Below are positions 25,999 through 26,033 of a stretch of DNA of 26,033 nucleotides, piece by piece (positions within the stretch are counted from its first letter, which is position 1; each line of letters starts with the position of its first letter). The position numbers were made by a program, and so were the translations under genes. The notes below the pieces were generated by a model. That model saw only the letters and a list, made by a program, of their open reading frames with translations. It was not told the DNA's origin and made no database searches. The stretch covers positions 1 through 26,033 of the forward strand of contig JBDREN010000160.1 of the NCBI GenBank assembly GCA_043819795.1. The letters are read 5' to 3'. Source of the stretch: Elusimicrobiota bacterium. GTDB taxonomy: Bacteria > Elusimicrobiota > Elusimicrobia > UBA1565.

Positions 25999-26033
25999 AT
26001 GAATGATACCAAAGCTATCACCGTGAGACAAAC
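25999..26033 (+). CDS. Probable 5' end of an unidentified gene (MNDTKAITVRQ...), truncated by the window edge
   Basis: Perfect AGGAGG at 25983-25988, 10 nt before ATG 25999; the frame is open to the window end. Only 11 codons are visible. Confidence 0.4.
   Translation, partial: MNDTKAITVRQ

Noticed and set aside
25711..26031. 106-aa minus-strand ORF (and 25274-25480, 25462-25704)
   Set aside because: No recognisable domain; they overlap the DUF559 gene or its repeats on the opposite strand.
1..26033. tRNA, rRNA or a known riboswitch
   Set aside because: None recognised by eye in the short non-coding regions; an Rfam scan was not possible.

Overview
A high-GC bacterial window occupied almost entirely by three very large, co-oriented minus-strand genes for secreted or surface multidomain proteins. 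Gene C (15118-25128, ~3336 aa) has two glycine-rich domains, Cys-rich repeats, an Ig/Fn3 stalk, and a C-terminal tip with a possible Cys-His-Asp triad. Gene B (5897-15121, ~3074 aa) overlaps C by ATGA and has Fn3/PKD/LamG/beta-helix domains ending in a T9SS-CTD/FlgD-like domain. Gene A (<3-5582, >1860 aa) is missing from the ORF track because it runs off the window; it has five LamG domains, Cys-rich and TSP3-like repeats, and two DUF1080-like domains nested inside LamG domains. The upstream regions of genes A and C align without gaps (55/91 identical by hand) and share a promoter layout. A divergent DUF559 endonuclease gene (25432-25800) is bracketed by inverted 37-bp hairpin repeats that show compensatory base-pair changes. 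Another + strand gene probably starts at 25999. The style of the C-terminal domain and Fn3 repeats suggests Elusimicrobiota (inference only). All domain calls are from motif reading, not HMM searches.
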